A stretch of DNA of 32,000 nucleotides from Methylorubrum extorquens. Its GTDB lineage: Bacteria; Pseudomonadota; Alphaproteobacteria; Rhizobiales; Beijerinckiaceae. The DNA lies in contig LT962688.1 in assembly GCA_900234795.1 (NCBI GenBank), forward strand, positions 2,460,001 through 2,492,000, in the 5' to 3' direction. Below the pieces are notes generated by a model, which was not told the DNA's origin, did not search any database, and saw only the letters and a program-made list of their open reading frames with translations. The position numbers and the translations under genes were made by a program. Positions 1 to 8,659 of this stretch are shown piece after piece (the stretch's first letter is position 1; every line of letters begins with the position of its first letter).

Positions 1-1
1 C

Positions 2-217
2 GCGGCTCTGGCCGGCCCGGCGGCGACACCGGCGGGGGACCGCGACGCCCTGCGGCAGTACTGCACCGGGGATTACCTGAGCTATTGCGGCGAGTTCGCG
101 CCGGACAGCACCGAGGTGCGCGCCTGCTTCAAGCAGAACAAGGCCAAGCTCTCGCCGGGCTGCCAGGCGGCCATCACCAGTTACAACAAGGCCCAGAAGC
201 GCGCCGACCTGCGCTGA
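2..217 (+). CDS. 3' end of a cysteine-rich, probably secreted protein; the 5' end lies left of the window
   Basis: Frame is open from the window edge to TGA 215-217. It translates ...[57 protein letters not shown], with four Cys in two pairs. Codon use is GC3-rich like the neighbours. It is absent from the ORF track because no start codon lies in the window. Confidence 0.45.
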   Translation, partial: AALAGPAATPAGDRDALRQYCTGDYLSYCGEFAPDSTEVRACFKQNKAKLSPGCQAAITSYNKAQKRADLR

Positions 218-229
218 GACGAATGGCCG

Positions 230-1383
230 TCACGCCTTCGCGGCGGCCTCGGCCCGCGCCCAGCCGTCCTTGGTCTCGGCCACGAAATCCGCGAGCCGCC
301 CGGCCGCGATCGCCGCGCGCATGCCGGCCATCAGCGCCTGATAATAGGCGAGGTTGTTCCAGGTCAGCAGCATCATCCCCAGGATCTCGTCGGACCGGAC
401 GAGGTGGTGGAGATAGGCGCGTGAATAGTCCCGCGCCGCCGGGCAGTCCGAGGCCTCGTCCAGCGGCCGCGTGTCCTCGGCGTGGCGGGCGTTGCGCAGG
501 TTGATCCGGCCGTGCCTCGTATAGGCGAGGCCGTGGCGGCCGGCGCGGGTCGGCATCACGCAATCGAACATGTCGATGCCGCGCATCACCGACTGCATCA
601 GGTCGTCGGGGGGTGCCGACGCCCATGAGGTAGCGCGGCTTGCCGGCCGGCAGATGCGGCTCCACCGTCTCGATCATCGCCAGCATCACCGCCTGCGGCT
701 CGCCGACGGCAAGCCCGCCGATGGCGTAGCCCTTGAGCCCGAGATCGGTCAGCGCCCGCGCGCTCTCGACGCGTAGTTCGGGCACGTCGCCGCCCTGGAC
801 GATGCCGAACAGTGCCTTGCCGGGCTGCTCGCCGAAGGCGACGCGGCAGCGCTCGGCCCAGCGCAGGGGAGAGGTGCATCGCCTTCTCGATCTCCGGCCG
901 CTCGGCCGGCAGGCGCACGCATTCGTCGAGCTGCATCTGGATGTCGGAGCCGAGCAGGCCCTGGATCTCGATCGAGCGCTCCGGGCTCATCCGGTGGGCG
1001 GTGCCGTCGATATGCGAACGGAAGGTCACGCCCTCTTCGTCGATCTTTCGCAGGGCCGACAGCGACATCACCTGGAAGCCGCCGGAATCGGTAAGGATCG
1101 GCCCGTCCCAGCGCATGAAGCGGTGGAGGCCGCCGAGCCGCGCCATCCGCTCGGCGCCGGGGCGCAGCATCAAGTGGTAGGTGTTGCCGAGCACCACGTC
1201 GGCGCCCAGATCGCGCACCTGCTCCGGATACATCGCCTTCACGGTCGCGGCGGTGCCCACCGGCATGAAGGCCGGCGTGCGGATTTTTCCGCGCGGCATG
1301 GCGATGTGGCCGGTGCGGGCCTGGCCGTCGGTGGCGGAGACCGTGAAGGAGAAGTCGGTCGGGGGATCGAGCGGTTCGGTCAT
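230..1383 (-). pseudogene. tgt: tRNA-guanine transglycosylase (queuine tRNA-ribosyltransferase), interrupted by two +1 frameshifts as sequenced
   Basis: Three minus-strand pieces join into a complete Tgt. Piece 1: [37 protein letters not shown]. Piece 2: [49 protein letters not shown]. Piece 3: [26 protein letters not shown]... The joins require deleting one base from G-run 866-869 and one from G-run 608-613. 1154 nt minus 2 gives 384 codons. ATG at 1383, TGA at 230-232. Confidence 0.9.
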
Positions 1384-2222
1384 CGGTCCGGGGATGTGGG
1401 AGGCTCGGGGCGGGCGTGATAGCCCGGCGCGGCGTCGATCAGGAAACGCATCGCATCGAGGCCGGCCCGCATCGTCGCCTGCGACACCGCCTCCAAGTCA
1501 CCGAAACGGGCCGCGAGGGCGTCCTCGACCGCTTCGTGATAGGCCTTCGGGAGCAGGACCGTTAGGCGGCGTCCGGCCTCGGTCTTCGAGACGATCCGGC
1601 CGCTGGCGAGGGTCTCGATGATGCGGCCCACCCCCAGCACGCCCCATTCCAGGGCTCCCGCGTCGCAGGCGTCGTCGGGCGCCTTTCCGGCCAGCGCCGT
1701 CTCGTGATGCACGAGCCAGGGGCGCCAATGGGCTTCGAGGTGGGCGAGGCCGTAGGCGTGCAGCGTTGCATCATCATCGGCGATGTTCAGTGCGGCCGGC
1801 GTCGCCCCGAGGATCGGACGGCTGGACCGGGTAAGGCACCGCCAAGTGGCCGGATTCACCCCATGGCAGGGCTCGCCGCTGCGAAGCTGCCCGTCCACGC
1901 TGAAGGGCACGACGGCGCCGGGCTCCGGCGGGTGCCGCAGGGCCTCGATCGGTAGGTAGAAGCCGTCGAAATGCGGCCCGCCGGCCCGTGCCAGGGCGGC
2001 GTGGACCCTCGCCAGCGCGTCCGTCTCCGCCGCATTGAGGGGGCCGTCGAGGCAGGCGACGAAATCGATGTTGCTGCGGCCCGGCCGGAAATCACCGAGC
2101 GCCACCGAGCCGACGAGATAGAGGCCGCGCAGTTTCGGGCCGCCCTCGCTCGCGATCAGGCCGAGGAAGCGATCGACGGTGCGGGCGACATCGACCCGGA
2201 GCGGTGGGCGCCGGCTGCTCAT
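1380..2222 (-). CDS. Nucleotidyltransferase-fold protein, ANT(3'')/AadA-like architecture (NTase domain plus helical C-terminal domain)
   Basis: 280-aa ORF. NTase signature is [22 protein letters not shown] (G-S...D-x-D). The C-terminal [25 protein letters not shown] resembles the AadA helical domain (VVLTLSRIWYSAVTGKIAPKDVAA). The start overlaps the queA stop (ATGA at 2219-2222). The stop overlaps the tgt start (ATGA at 1380-1383). Confidence 0.75.
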   Translation of the reverse strand: MSSRRPPLRVDVARTVDRFLGLIASEGGPKLRGLYLVGSVALGDFRPGRSNIDFVACLDGPLNAAETDALARVHAALARAGGPHFDGFYLPIEALRHPPEPGAVVPFSVDGQLRSGEPCHGVNPATWRCLTRSSRPILGATPAALNIADDDATLHAYGLAHLEAHWRPWLVHHETALAGKAPDDACDAGALEWGVLGVGRIIETLASGRIVSKTEAGRRLTVLLPKAYHEAVEDALAARFGDLEAVSQATMRAGLDAMRFLIDAAPGYHARPEPPTSPDR

Positions 2223-3325
2223 GTGATGGACTCCGAAACCGGGGCACCCTCCGGAAACAGCAGGCTGGCATCGCCATAGGAGTAGAAGCGATAGCCGGAT
2301 TGGATTGCGTGGGCATAGGCCGCGCGCATGGTATCGAGGCCGGCAAAGGCCGAAACCAGCATGAACAGGGTCGAGCGCGGCAGGTGGAAGTTCGTCACCA
2401 GGGCATCGACCGCGCGAAAGCGGTAGCCCGGCGTGATGAAGATGTCGGTGGCCCCGGAGAACGGGCGGATCGTGCCGTCCGTGTCGGCCGCGCTCTCCAG
2501 CAGGCGCAGGGCCGTGGTGCCGACGGCGACGACCCGGTTGCCCCTCGCCCGCACGGCGTTGAGCCGCGCGGCGGTGGCGGCATCGAGGATGCCGATCTCG
2601 GCGTGCATCCGGTGGGCGTCGGTGTCGTCCGCCTTCACGGGCAGGAACGTGCCGGCCCCGACATGCAGGGTGACGTGGACCCGCTCGATCCCCGCCGCGT
2701 CGATGCCCGCGAGCAGCGCGTCCGAGAAATGCAGGCCGGCGGTGGGGGCGGCGACCGCGCCGGGCTCGCGGGCATAGACGGTCTGGTAGTCGGTGGTGTC
2801 CTGCGCGTCGGTGGGCCGCTTGCCCGCGATGTAGGGGGGCAGCGGCAGGGCGCCGAGCCCGGCAATGGCTTCGTCGAGCGCCGGCCCGGACAGGTCGAAG
2901 CGCAGCAGGATCTCGCCGCCCTCCCCCCGCTCCTCCACCGTGGCATCAAGCCCCGACAGGGCGCAGACTTCACTGGCGCCTTCGCTGCCGAAGCGGATGC
3001 GGTCGCCGGGGGCGAGGCGCTTGGCCGGGCGGGCGAAGGCGCGCCATCGATCGGGCGCCTCGCGCAGGTGCAGCATCGCCTCGCAGCGCTGCCCCGAGCC
3101 GCCGGCCCGATGGCGGATGCCGGAGAGCCGCGCGGGGATCACCCGCGTGTCGTTGAAGACGAGGGCGTCGCCGGGGCTCAGGAGGGCGGGCAGATCGCGC
3201 ACGCCGCGATCCGCCAAGGGGTCGCCGGGGCGCACCACGAGCAGGCGGCTCGCGTCGCGCGGGCTCGCCGGCCGCAGGGCGATCGCCGCCTCCGGCAACT
3301 CGAAATCGAACAGGTCCACACGCAT
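2219..3325 (-). CDS. queA: S-adenosylmethionine:tRNA ribosyltransferase-isomerase
   Basis: Typical QueA N-terminus [20 protein letters not shown] from ATG 3325. Family motifs present: [80 protein letters not shown]. The track ORF start at 3418 adds 31 non-homologous residues. Confidence 0.92.
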   Translation of the reverse strand: MRVDLFDFELPEAAIALRPASPRDASRLLVVRPGDPLADRGVRDLPALLSPGDALVFNDTRVIPARLSGIRHRAGGSGQRCEAMLHLREAPDRWRAFARPAKRLAPGDRIRFGSEGASEVCALSGLDATVEERGEGGEILLRFDLSGPALDEAIAGLGALPLPPYIAGKRPTDAQDTTDYQTVYAREPGAVAAPTAGLHFSDALLAGIDAAGIERVHVTLHVGAGTFLPVKADDTDAHRMHAEIGILDAATAARLNAVRARGNRVVAVGTTALRLLESAADTDGTIRPFSGATDIFITPGYRFRAVDALVTNFHLPRSTLFMLVSAFAGLDTMRAAYAHAIQSGYRFYSYGDASLLFPEGAPVSESIT

Positions 3326-3417
3326 CCCAGGGCCATCAGCACGGATGGGCGCCCGACGCAAATGGCGGATTGATCGCAGAGGCCGGCCGGAGCAGCATGA
3401 CACCGGAGGCATCGCCA

Positions 3418-4878
3418 ATGGCAGACGTCCTGATCGTCGGCGCCGGGCCGGTCGGCCTGACGCTCGCCTGCGAGCTGGCGCGCTACGGCGTCGGCATCCG
3501 GCTGATCGACCGCGCGCCTCAGGCGACGCAGACCTCGAAGGCGCTCGTCGTCTGGTCGCGCACCCTCGAATTGATGGACCGGATGGGCTGCACCGAGGCC
3601 TTCCTCGCGGCGGGTCTGCGCGCCCGCGGCGCGACTCTGCGCGGTGGCGGCCGGGTGCTCGGCGGCCCGGACTTCTCCGACATCGCCAGCCCCTACGCCT
3701 TCGGGCTGATGATCCCGCAGAGCGACACCGAGCGGCTGCTGGCCGAGCACCTGCGCGGCTTCGGGGTCGCGGTCGAGCGCGCGGTCGAACTCACGCGCTT
3801 CTCACAGACGCCCGACGGGGTGGAGGCACGGCTCTCCCACGCCGATGGACGCGAGGAACGGGTGGCGACAGGCTTCCTGATCGGCTGCGACGGCGCCCAC
3901 AGCGCCGTGCGCCACGGGCTCGGCCTGCCCTTCCGCGGCACGGCGCAGGGCGACGAGTGGCTGCTCGCCGACATCCGCCTCGACGGCGCGGGTGTCCCGC
4001 CCGGCGACGCGATCGCGGTCTATTTCCACCGGGACGGTCCGTTCGTGATCTTCCCGATCCCCGGTGGTCGGGCGCGGGTGGTCGCCACGGTCGGACGCGC
4101 GGACGGGCGGCCGCGACCCGATCCGACGCTGGACGAGGTGCAGGCCCTGGTCGCCGCTCGGGCCGGGCCCGGCCTCCGCGTCTTCGATCCGGTCTGGCTC
4201 AGCCGCTTCCGCATCCATGAGCGGAAGGTCTTGGAGTACGCCCGGGGCCGCGTGTTCCTGGCGGGCGATGCCGCGCATATCCACAGCCCGGCCGGCGGCC
4301 AGGGCATGAACACCGGCATGCAGGACGCGGTGAACCTGGCCTGGAAGCTCGCCCTGGTGCGGCGCGGCGCGGCCGCCCCATCGCTCCTGGACAGCTACAG
4401 TTCGGAGCGCAACGCCGTCGGCGAGATGGTCTTGCGCAATGCCGGATGGCTCACCGCCATGGCGACGCTCACCCACCCCCTCGCCCAGGCCGTCCGCAAC
4501 CGCGCCCTGCGTCTGTTCCTCGGCTTTCACACCGTGCGGCGCCGGATGGCGGCGACGATGAGCGAGATCGCAATTGGCTATCCCGCCTCTCCGCTCTCGG
4601 TCGGGCCCGGCGCCGGCCGGCGCTGGCGGCCGGAGGATGCGGACGGCCCGCCGCCGGGCGCCGGCGCCGACCCACGCTTCGTCCTCTACGCGGCCGATGC
4701 CGAGCGCGGGACGGCGCTCGCCGCCCGCTTCCCCGGTCTGGTTCAGCCCGCAGCGCGAGCGAACCCCGAGCCGGGGCGCCTGCATCTGGTGCGCCCCGAC
4801 GGGTATGTCGGCCTCGCGGCCGGCGCGGCCGACTGGGACGCTGCGGCGCACTACCTGAAAGAACGTGGACCGGTCTGA
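3418..4878 (+). CDS. FAD-dependent aromatic-ring monooxygenase (PheA/TfdB/UbiH-type)
   Basis: [24 protein letters not shown] is a GxGxxG Rossmann start. DG..S.VR and [30 protein letters not shown] are the FAD/NAD motifs. GGAGG at 3405-3409 lies 8 nt before ATG 3418. Confidence 0.85.
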   Translation: MADVLIVGAGPVGLTLACELARYGVGIRLIDRAPQATQTSKALVVWSRTLELMDRMGCTEAFLAAGLRARGATLRGGGRVLGGPDFSDIASPYAFGLMIPQSDTERLLAEHLRGFGVAVERAVELTRFSQTPDGVEARLSHADGREERVATGFLIGCDGAHSAVRHGLGLPFRGTAQGDEWLLADIRLDGAGVPPGDAIAVYFHRDGPFVIFPIPGGRARVVATVGRADGRPRPDPTLDEVQALVAARAGPGLRVFDPVWLSRFRIHERKVLEYARGRVFLAGDAAHIHSPAGGQGMNTGMQDAVNLAWKLALVRRGAAAPSLLDSYSSERNAVGEMVLRNAGWLTAMATLTHPLAQAVRNRALRLFLGFHTVRRRMAATMSEIAIGYPASPLSVGPGAGRRWRPEDADGPPPGAGADPRFVLYAADAERGTALAARFPGLVQPAARANPEPGRLHLVRPDGYVGLAAGAADWDAAAHYLKERGPV

Positions 4879-4944
4879 ACGCGGTGCAGCCGAGGCGCAT
4901 TTTCGCGCGTTGAGGTAGCGATTCGACGGAGAACGCCGCCCACA

Positions 4945-5193
4945 ATGAAATGGTTTGTAATCAGCCCGCGGGATTCCGCCGACCCGCGCTGGCCGCTTCC
5001 GGAAACGCCGCGGATCACCCTCAAGGCCGCGAACGCGAACGACGCCCGCTGCCGCTTCGAGGAAGCCTATCCGAGCGAGCCCTTCGGCACGCCGGGCCAT
5101 CCCACCGGCGATGTCGGACTCGGCAGTTTCCGGGGCGATGCGGAGGCGCTGCTGGTCGAGGAGACCGACACGCCACCCGCACCGGACGCTTGA
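4945..5193 (+). CDS. Hypothetical small protein (82 aa)
   Basis: ATG ORF with GGAG 13 nt upstream. The translation is not Arg/Pro-shadow-like (MKWFVISPRDSADPRWPLPETPRITLKAANANDARCRFEEAYPSEPFG...). No family recognised. Confidence 0.35.
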   Translation: MKWFVISPRDSADPRWPLPETPRITLKAANANDARCRFEEAYPSEPFGTPGHPTGDVGLGSFRGDAEALLVEETDTPPAPDA

Positions 5194-5225
5194 GCCGTGC
5201 CGCCGGCCACAGGAATCTTCGCGCC

Positions 5226-5490
5226 ATGACCGAAACCACGACCGAAACCGGCAAACGCTCCCCCGCACGAGACCCTCGACGCGCAACTCGTGCGCTACTG
5301 GGAGCGGGAGGCCACTCGCTTCGACGAATTGTCGGCGCGGGCCAGCTTCGGCTGGATCAGCCGCAACTATGCCCGCAGGGCGCAGCGTGCTCGCGAAAAA
5401 GCCGAACGCAGCCGCGCCAAGGAGGTCGCCCGCGGCCGCTTGCCCGCATCTGCGCAGGCGGCCGATCGGGACGGCGATAGCCCGAGCTAA
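5226..5490 (+). CDS. Hypothetical small basic protein; full length requires a +1 correction in C-run 5260-5264 (otherwise GTG 5290..5490)
   Basis: ATG 5226 has AGGAA upstream and reads MTETTTETGKRS, then falls out of frame. Removing one C gives ...PHETLDAQLVRYWEREATRFDELSARASFGWISRNYARRAQRAREKAERSRAK..., continuous with the track ORF 5290..5490. No RBS precedes GTG 5290. Confidence 0.3.
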
Positions 5491-5563
5491 AACCTTTGCC
5501 GTGGCCTTCCGGGGCCACGGATCGTAAGGGCGGGGCCGTCCCCTCCCCGCCCCCTTGAGCCGC

Positions 5564-6452
5564 ATGACAGGAACCGAAAAGGCTGCCCTGGCGAGCGCCG
5601 CCGTCGGCGTGCTCGTCACGGCGCTGAAATTCACCGCCTATTGGCTCACCGGCAGCCTCGCGCTCTATTCCGACGCGCTGGAGAGCATCATCAACGTCGT
5701 GGCCGCGGCCTGCGCGTTCCTGGCCGTGCGCGTCGCCGCGCAGCCGGCCGACGAGGATCACCCCTACGGCCACCACAAGGCGGAGTATTTCTCCGCGGTG
5801 ATCGAGGGCGCGCTGGTCATCGTCGCCGCCCTGCTGATCCTGCGCGAGGCGTATTTCGGCATCCTCGACCCGAAGCCCCCTCGACGCGCCCGCGCTCGGT
5901 CTGGCCGTCAACGGCGTCGCCACCATCATCAACGCGGTCTGGGCAACGCTGCTGTTCCGGCGCGGCCGGCGGCTGCGCTCGCCCGCCCTGTTGGCCGATG
6001 CCCGCCACATCCTCGCCGACGTCGTGACGTCGGGCGGCGTACTCCTCGGTCTCGGCTTCGTCCTGGCCACGGGAACGCCGGTGCTCGATCCGGTCGTAGC
6101 GGGCTTGGTGGCCCTCAACATCCTCTGGTCGGGCTGGACGATGGTGCGCGATTCGATCAACGGCTTGATGGATCAGGCGGCCTCACCCGAGATGGTCACG
6201 CGCATTCGCGCCCTAATCTCGGCTCACAGCGAGGGCGCCCTGGAGGCCCACGACGTGCGCACCCGCCATGCCGGCAGCGCCACCTTCATCGACTTCCATC
6301 TCGTCGTGCCCGGCGAGATGACCGTGTTCGAATCCCACGCGATCTGCGACCGGCTGGAGGGTGTGATCGAAGCGGGGATCGAGGGCGCGGTCGTGGTGAT
6401 CCATGTCGAGCCGGGCGATCAGGCCAAGCTGCGCGGCGTGCCCGTGATCTGA
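5564..6452 (+). pseudogene. Cation diffusion facilitator (CDF) family metal efflux transporter, interrupted by one +1 frameshift as sequenced
   Basis: N-terminal part: MTGTEKAALASAAVGVLVTALKFTAYWLTGSLALYSDALESIINVV..HPYGHHKAEYFSAVIEG..GILDPKP. It continues in the next frame: LDAPALGLAVNGVATIINAVWATLLFRRGRRLRSPALLADARHILADV..HVEPGD. The join needs one C removed from run 5876-5880. 889 nt minus 1 gives 296 codons. Confidence 0.88.
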
Positions 6453-6768
6453 AGCCGGCTTCAGGCGCGATATCGGGGCTCGCATGAAGCGGGTCTTCCT
6501 CACCTCCCCGCCGAGCCACCGCAACGCCTACGACCTGTTCGACGGACGCCGGGCGAGCGATCTCATCGAATTCGTGCCTGGCCTGATCCGGGTGCTCGCC
6601 CATCACGGGCTAACCGAAACGGCGACCCCGACTTCGGGAACGGCCCGGCCGTGACGCTCGCCGCGCAGCGGCCAGGCGTGGCTTCACCGGCTTGACCCGT
6701 CCGGCAAGGGCTCCCTACACACTCGGACAGGCGCCGATCCGGCGGCGCTGGCACTGAAGTCGAAGAGA

Positions 6769-8241
6769 ATGACCGAGCGCGTCGATCCGAAGAAGCTCAT
6801 CAAGGGCGGCCTCCACGACTGGGAGGTCGTGATCGGCATGGAGATCCACGCCCAGGTCACGAGCCGCTCCAAGCTGTTCTCCGGCGCCTCGACCGAATTC
6901 GGCGGCGAGCCCAACGACCACGTCTCGCTGGTCGATGCGGCCATGCCCGGCATGCTGCCGGTCATCAACGAGGAATGCGTCGCCCAGGCCGTGCGCACCG
7001 GTCTCGGGCTCAAGGCCCAGATCAACCTTCGCTCGGTGTTCGACCGGAAGAACTACTTCTATCCGGACCTGCCGCAGGGCTACCAGATCTCACAGTACAA
7101 GGACCCGATCGTCGGCGAGGGCGAGGTGCTGGTCGATCTGCCCGAGGGCGAGTCGATCACGGTGGGCATCGAGCGGCTGCACCTCGAACAGGATGCCGGC
7201 AAGTCGCTGCACGATCAGGATCCGACCAAGAGCTTCGTCGATCTCAACCGCTCCGGCGTGGCGCTGATGGAGATCGTCTCCCGGCCCGATCTGCGCTCCT
7301 CGGAGGAGGCACGGGCCTACGTGACGAAGCTGCGCACGATCCTGCGCTATCTCGGCACCTGCGACGGCGACATGGAGAAGGGGAGCCTTCGCGCTGACGT
7401 GAACGTCTCCGTGCGCCGCCCCGGCGAGCCGCTCGGCACGCGCTGCGAGATCAAGAACGTCAACTCGATCCGCTTCATCGGTCAGGCCATCGAGACCGAG
7501 GCGCGCCGCCAGATCGCGATCCTGGAGGACGGCGGCAAGATCGATCAGGAGACGCGCCTCTACGACCCGGGCAAGGGCGAGACCCGCTCGATGCGCTCGA
7601 AGGAAGAGGCGCACGACTATCGCTACTTCCCCGATCCCGACCTGTTGCCGCTCGAATTCGATCAGGCCTACGTCGATGCGCTGGCCTCGGGCCTGCCGGA
7701 ACTGCCGGACGCCAAGAAGGCGCGCTTCATCAAGGATTTCGGCCTCAGCGCCTACGATGCCGGCGTGCTCGTCGCCGAGCGGGCCTCGGCCGACTACTTC
7801 GAGGCGGTGGCCCGCGGGCGCGACGGCAAGGCCGCCGCGAACTGGGTCATCAACGAGCTGTTCGGCCGCCTCAACAAGGAGGGGCGCAGCATCGAGGACA
7901 CGCCGGTCTCCGCCGAGCAGCTCGGCACCATCGTCGATCTGATCGGCGACGGCGTGATCTCGGGCAAGATCGCCAAGGACCTGTTCGAGATCGTCTGGTC
8001 CGAGGGCGGCGACCCGCGCGCGATCGTCGAGGCCCGCGGCATGAAGCAGGTCACCGATACCGGCGCCATCGAGGCGGCGGTGGACGCGATCATCGCCGCC
8101 AACCCCGACAAGGTCGAGCAGGCCAAGGCCAAGCCGACCCTGCTCGGCTGGTTCGTCGGCCAGACCATGAAGGCGACGGGCGGCAAGGCCAATCCGGCCG
8201 CGGTCAACGCGCTGCTGAAGGACAAACTCGGTATCGAGTAG
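6769..8241 (+). CDS. gatB: Asp-tRNA(Asn)/Glu-tRNA(Gln) amidotransferase subunit B
   Basis: 490-aa ORF with GatB hallmarks: [93 protein letters not shown]-terminal YqeY-like tail is present. Confidence 0.97.
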   Translation: MTERVDPKKLIKGGLHDWEVVIGMEIHAQVTSRSKLFSGASTEFGGEPNDHVSLVDAAMPGMLPVINEECVAQAVRTGLGLKAQINLRSVFDRKNYFYPDLPQGYQISQYKDPIVGEGEVLVDLPEGESITVGIERLHLEQDAGKSLHDQDPTKSFVDLNRSGVALMEIVSRPDLRSSEEARAYVTKLRTILRYLGTCDGDMEKGSLRADVNVSVRRPGEPLGTRCEIKNVNSIRFIGQAIETEARRQIAILEDGGKIDQETRLYDPGKGETRSMRSKEEAHDYRYFPDPDLLPLEFDQAYVDALASGLPELPDAKKARFIKDFGLSAYDAGVLVAERASADYFEAVARGRDGKAAANWVINELFGRLNKEGRSIEDTPVSAEQLGTIVDLIGDGVISGKIAKDLFEIVWSEGGDPRAIVEARGMKQVTDTGAIEAAVDAIIAANPDKVEQAKAKPTLLGWFVGQTMKATGGKANPAAVNALLKDKLGIE

Positions 8242-8458
8242 GTCCGGTGGTCGCACCTAGAGTGCGTTCATACCAAGGGGCCACCGGTTCGTCGGAAGAA
8301 TGCGCGGCAACGCGATGACCTCGGCCGCTTTTTCAGCGAAGCGGATGCCGGTTCGGCGAAAGAAAGCGCATTGAAACAGAGACCTGGAGACGTCGGCTCG
8401 ATGCAATCCGATCGGATACAACTCTAGCCAGATCAGGATTCGAGCCGTTACCGCAGAT

Positions 8459-8495
8459 GTTGGCCCGACGGTCGCCGGGCGACCCTCGGGCCAAC
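8459..8495. repeat. 37-nt near-perfect palindrome (18-nt arms, one mismatch) in a long intergenic region
   Basis: Sequence is gttggcccgacggtcgcc-g-ggcgaccctcgggccaac. The arms are reverse complements except for one position. No T-tract follows on either strand, so it is not a canonical intrinsic terminator. Confidence 0.6.
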
Positions 8496-8659
8496 GTTAA
8501 GTCAATTCGCAGTTCGCGGCGTGAGGGTCGCGGGCGGGGAAATATTTTCAGGAATTGTCTCTCAGCATCCAATCTCCTTTAACTTCGAGCTGAGAAGCTT
8601 CGCTCTCCCCACCAGCCTCGGGCGCCGGCCTCGGTCGACGCTTTCGGGGGAGCCAAGCG

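Noticed and set aside
2204-4220. Plus-strand ORFs 2204..3373 (389 aa) and 2865..4220 (451 aa), plus the upstream extension of queA to 3418.
   Set aside because: The first two are antisense or out of frame relative to queA and the monooxygenase. QueA homology begins at [11 protein letters not shown] (ATG 3325).
3802-5634. 610-aa ORF on the minus strand spanning the monooxygenase gene and the small-ORF region.
   Set aside because: The translation is Arg/Gly/Ala/Pro-rich with no recognisable motif. It is antisense to a well-supported FAD monooxygenase. This is a typical shadow ORF of high-GC DNA.
6449-6464. Perfect 16-nt palindrome ctgaagccggcttcag overlapping the CDF stop codon.
   Set aside because: It is short (a 6-bp stem once a loop is allowed) and has no U-tract. 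It could arise by chance in GC-rich DNA, so I do not call it a terminator.
6484-6654. 56-aa ATG ORF (MKRVFLTSPPSHRNAYDLFDGRRASDLIEFVPGLIRVLAHHG...) upstream of gatB.
   Set aside because: The first 40 residues look protein-like, but I recognise no family and see no clear RBS. It may be a gene remnant. Evidence is too weak to call, so it is left unresolved.
8333-8572. 79-aa minus-strand ORF in the gatB-downstream spacer.
   Set aside because: It has no RBS and odd composition, and it spans the palindrome and the AT-rich promoter-like DNA. More likely non-coding.
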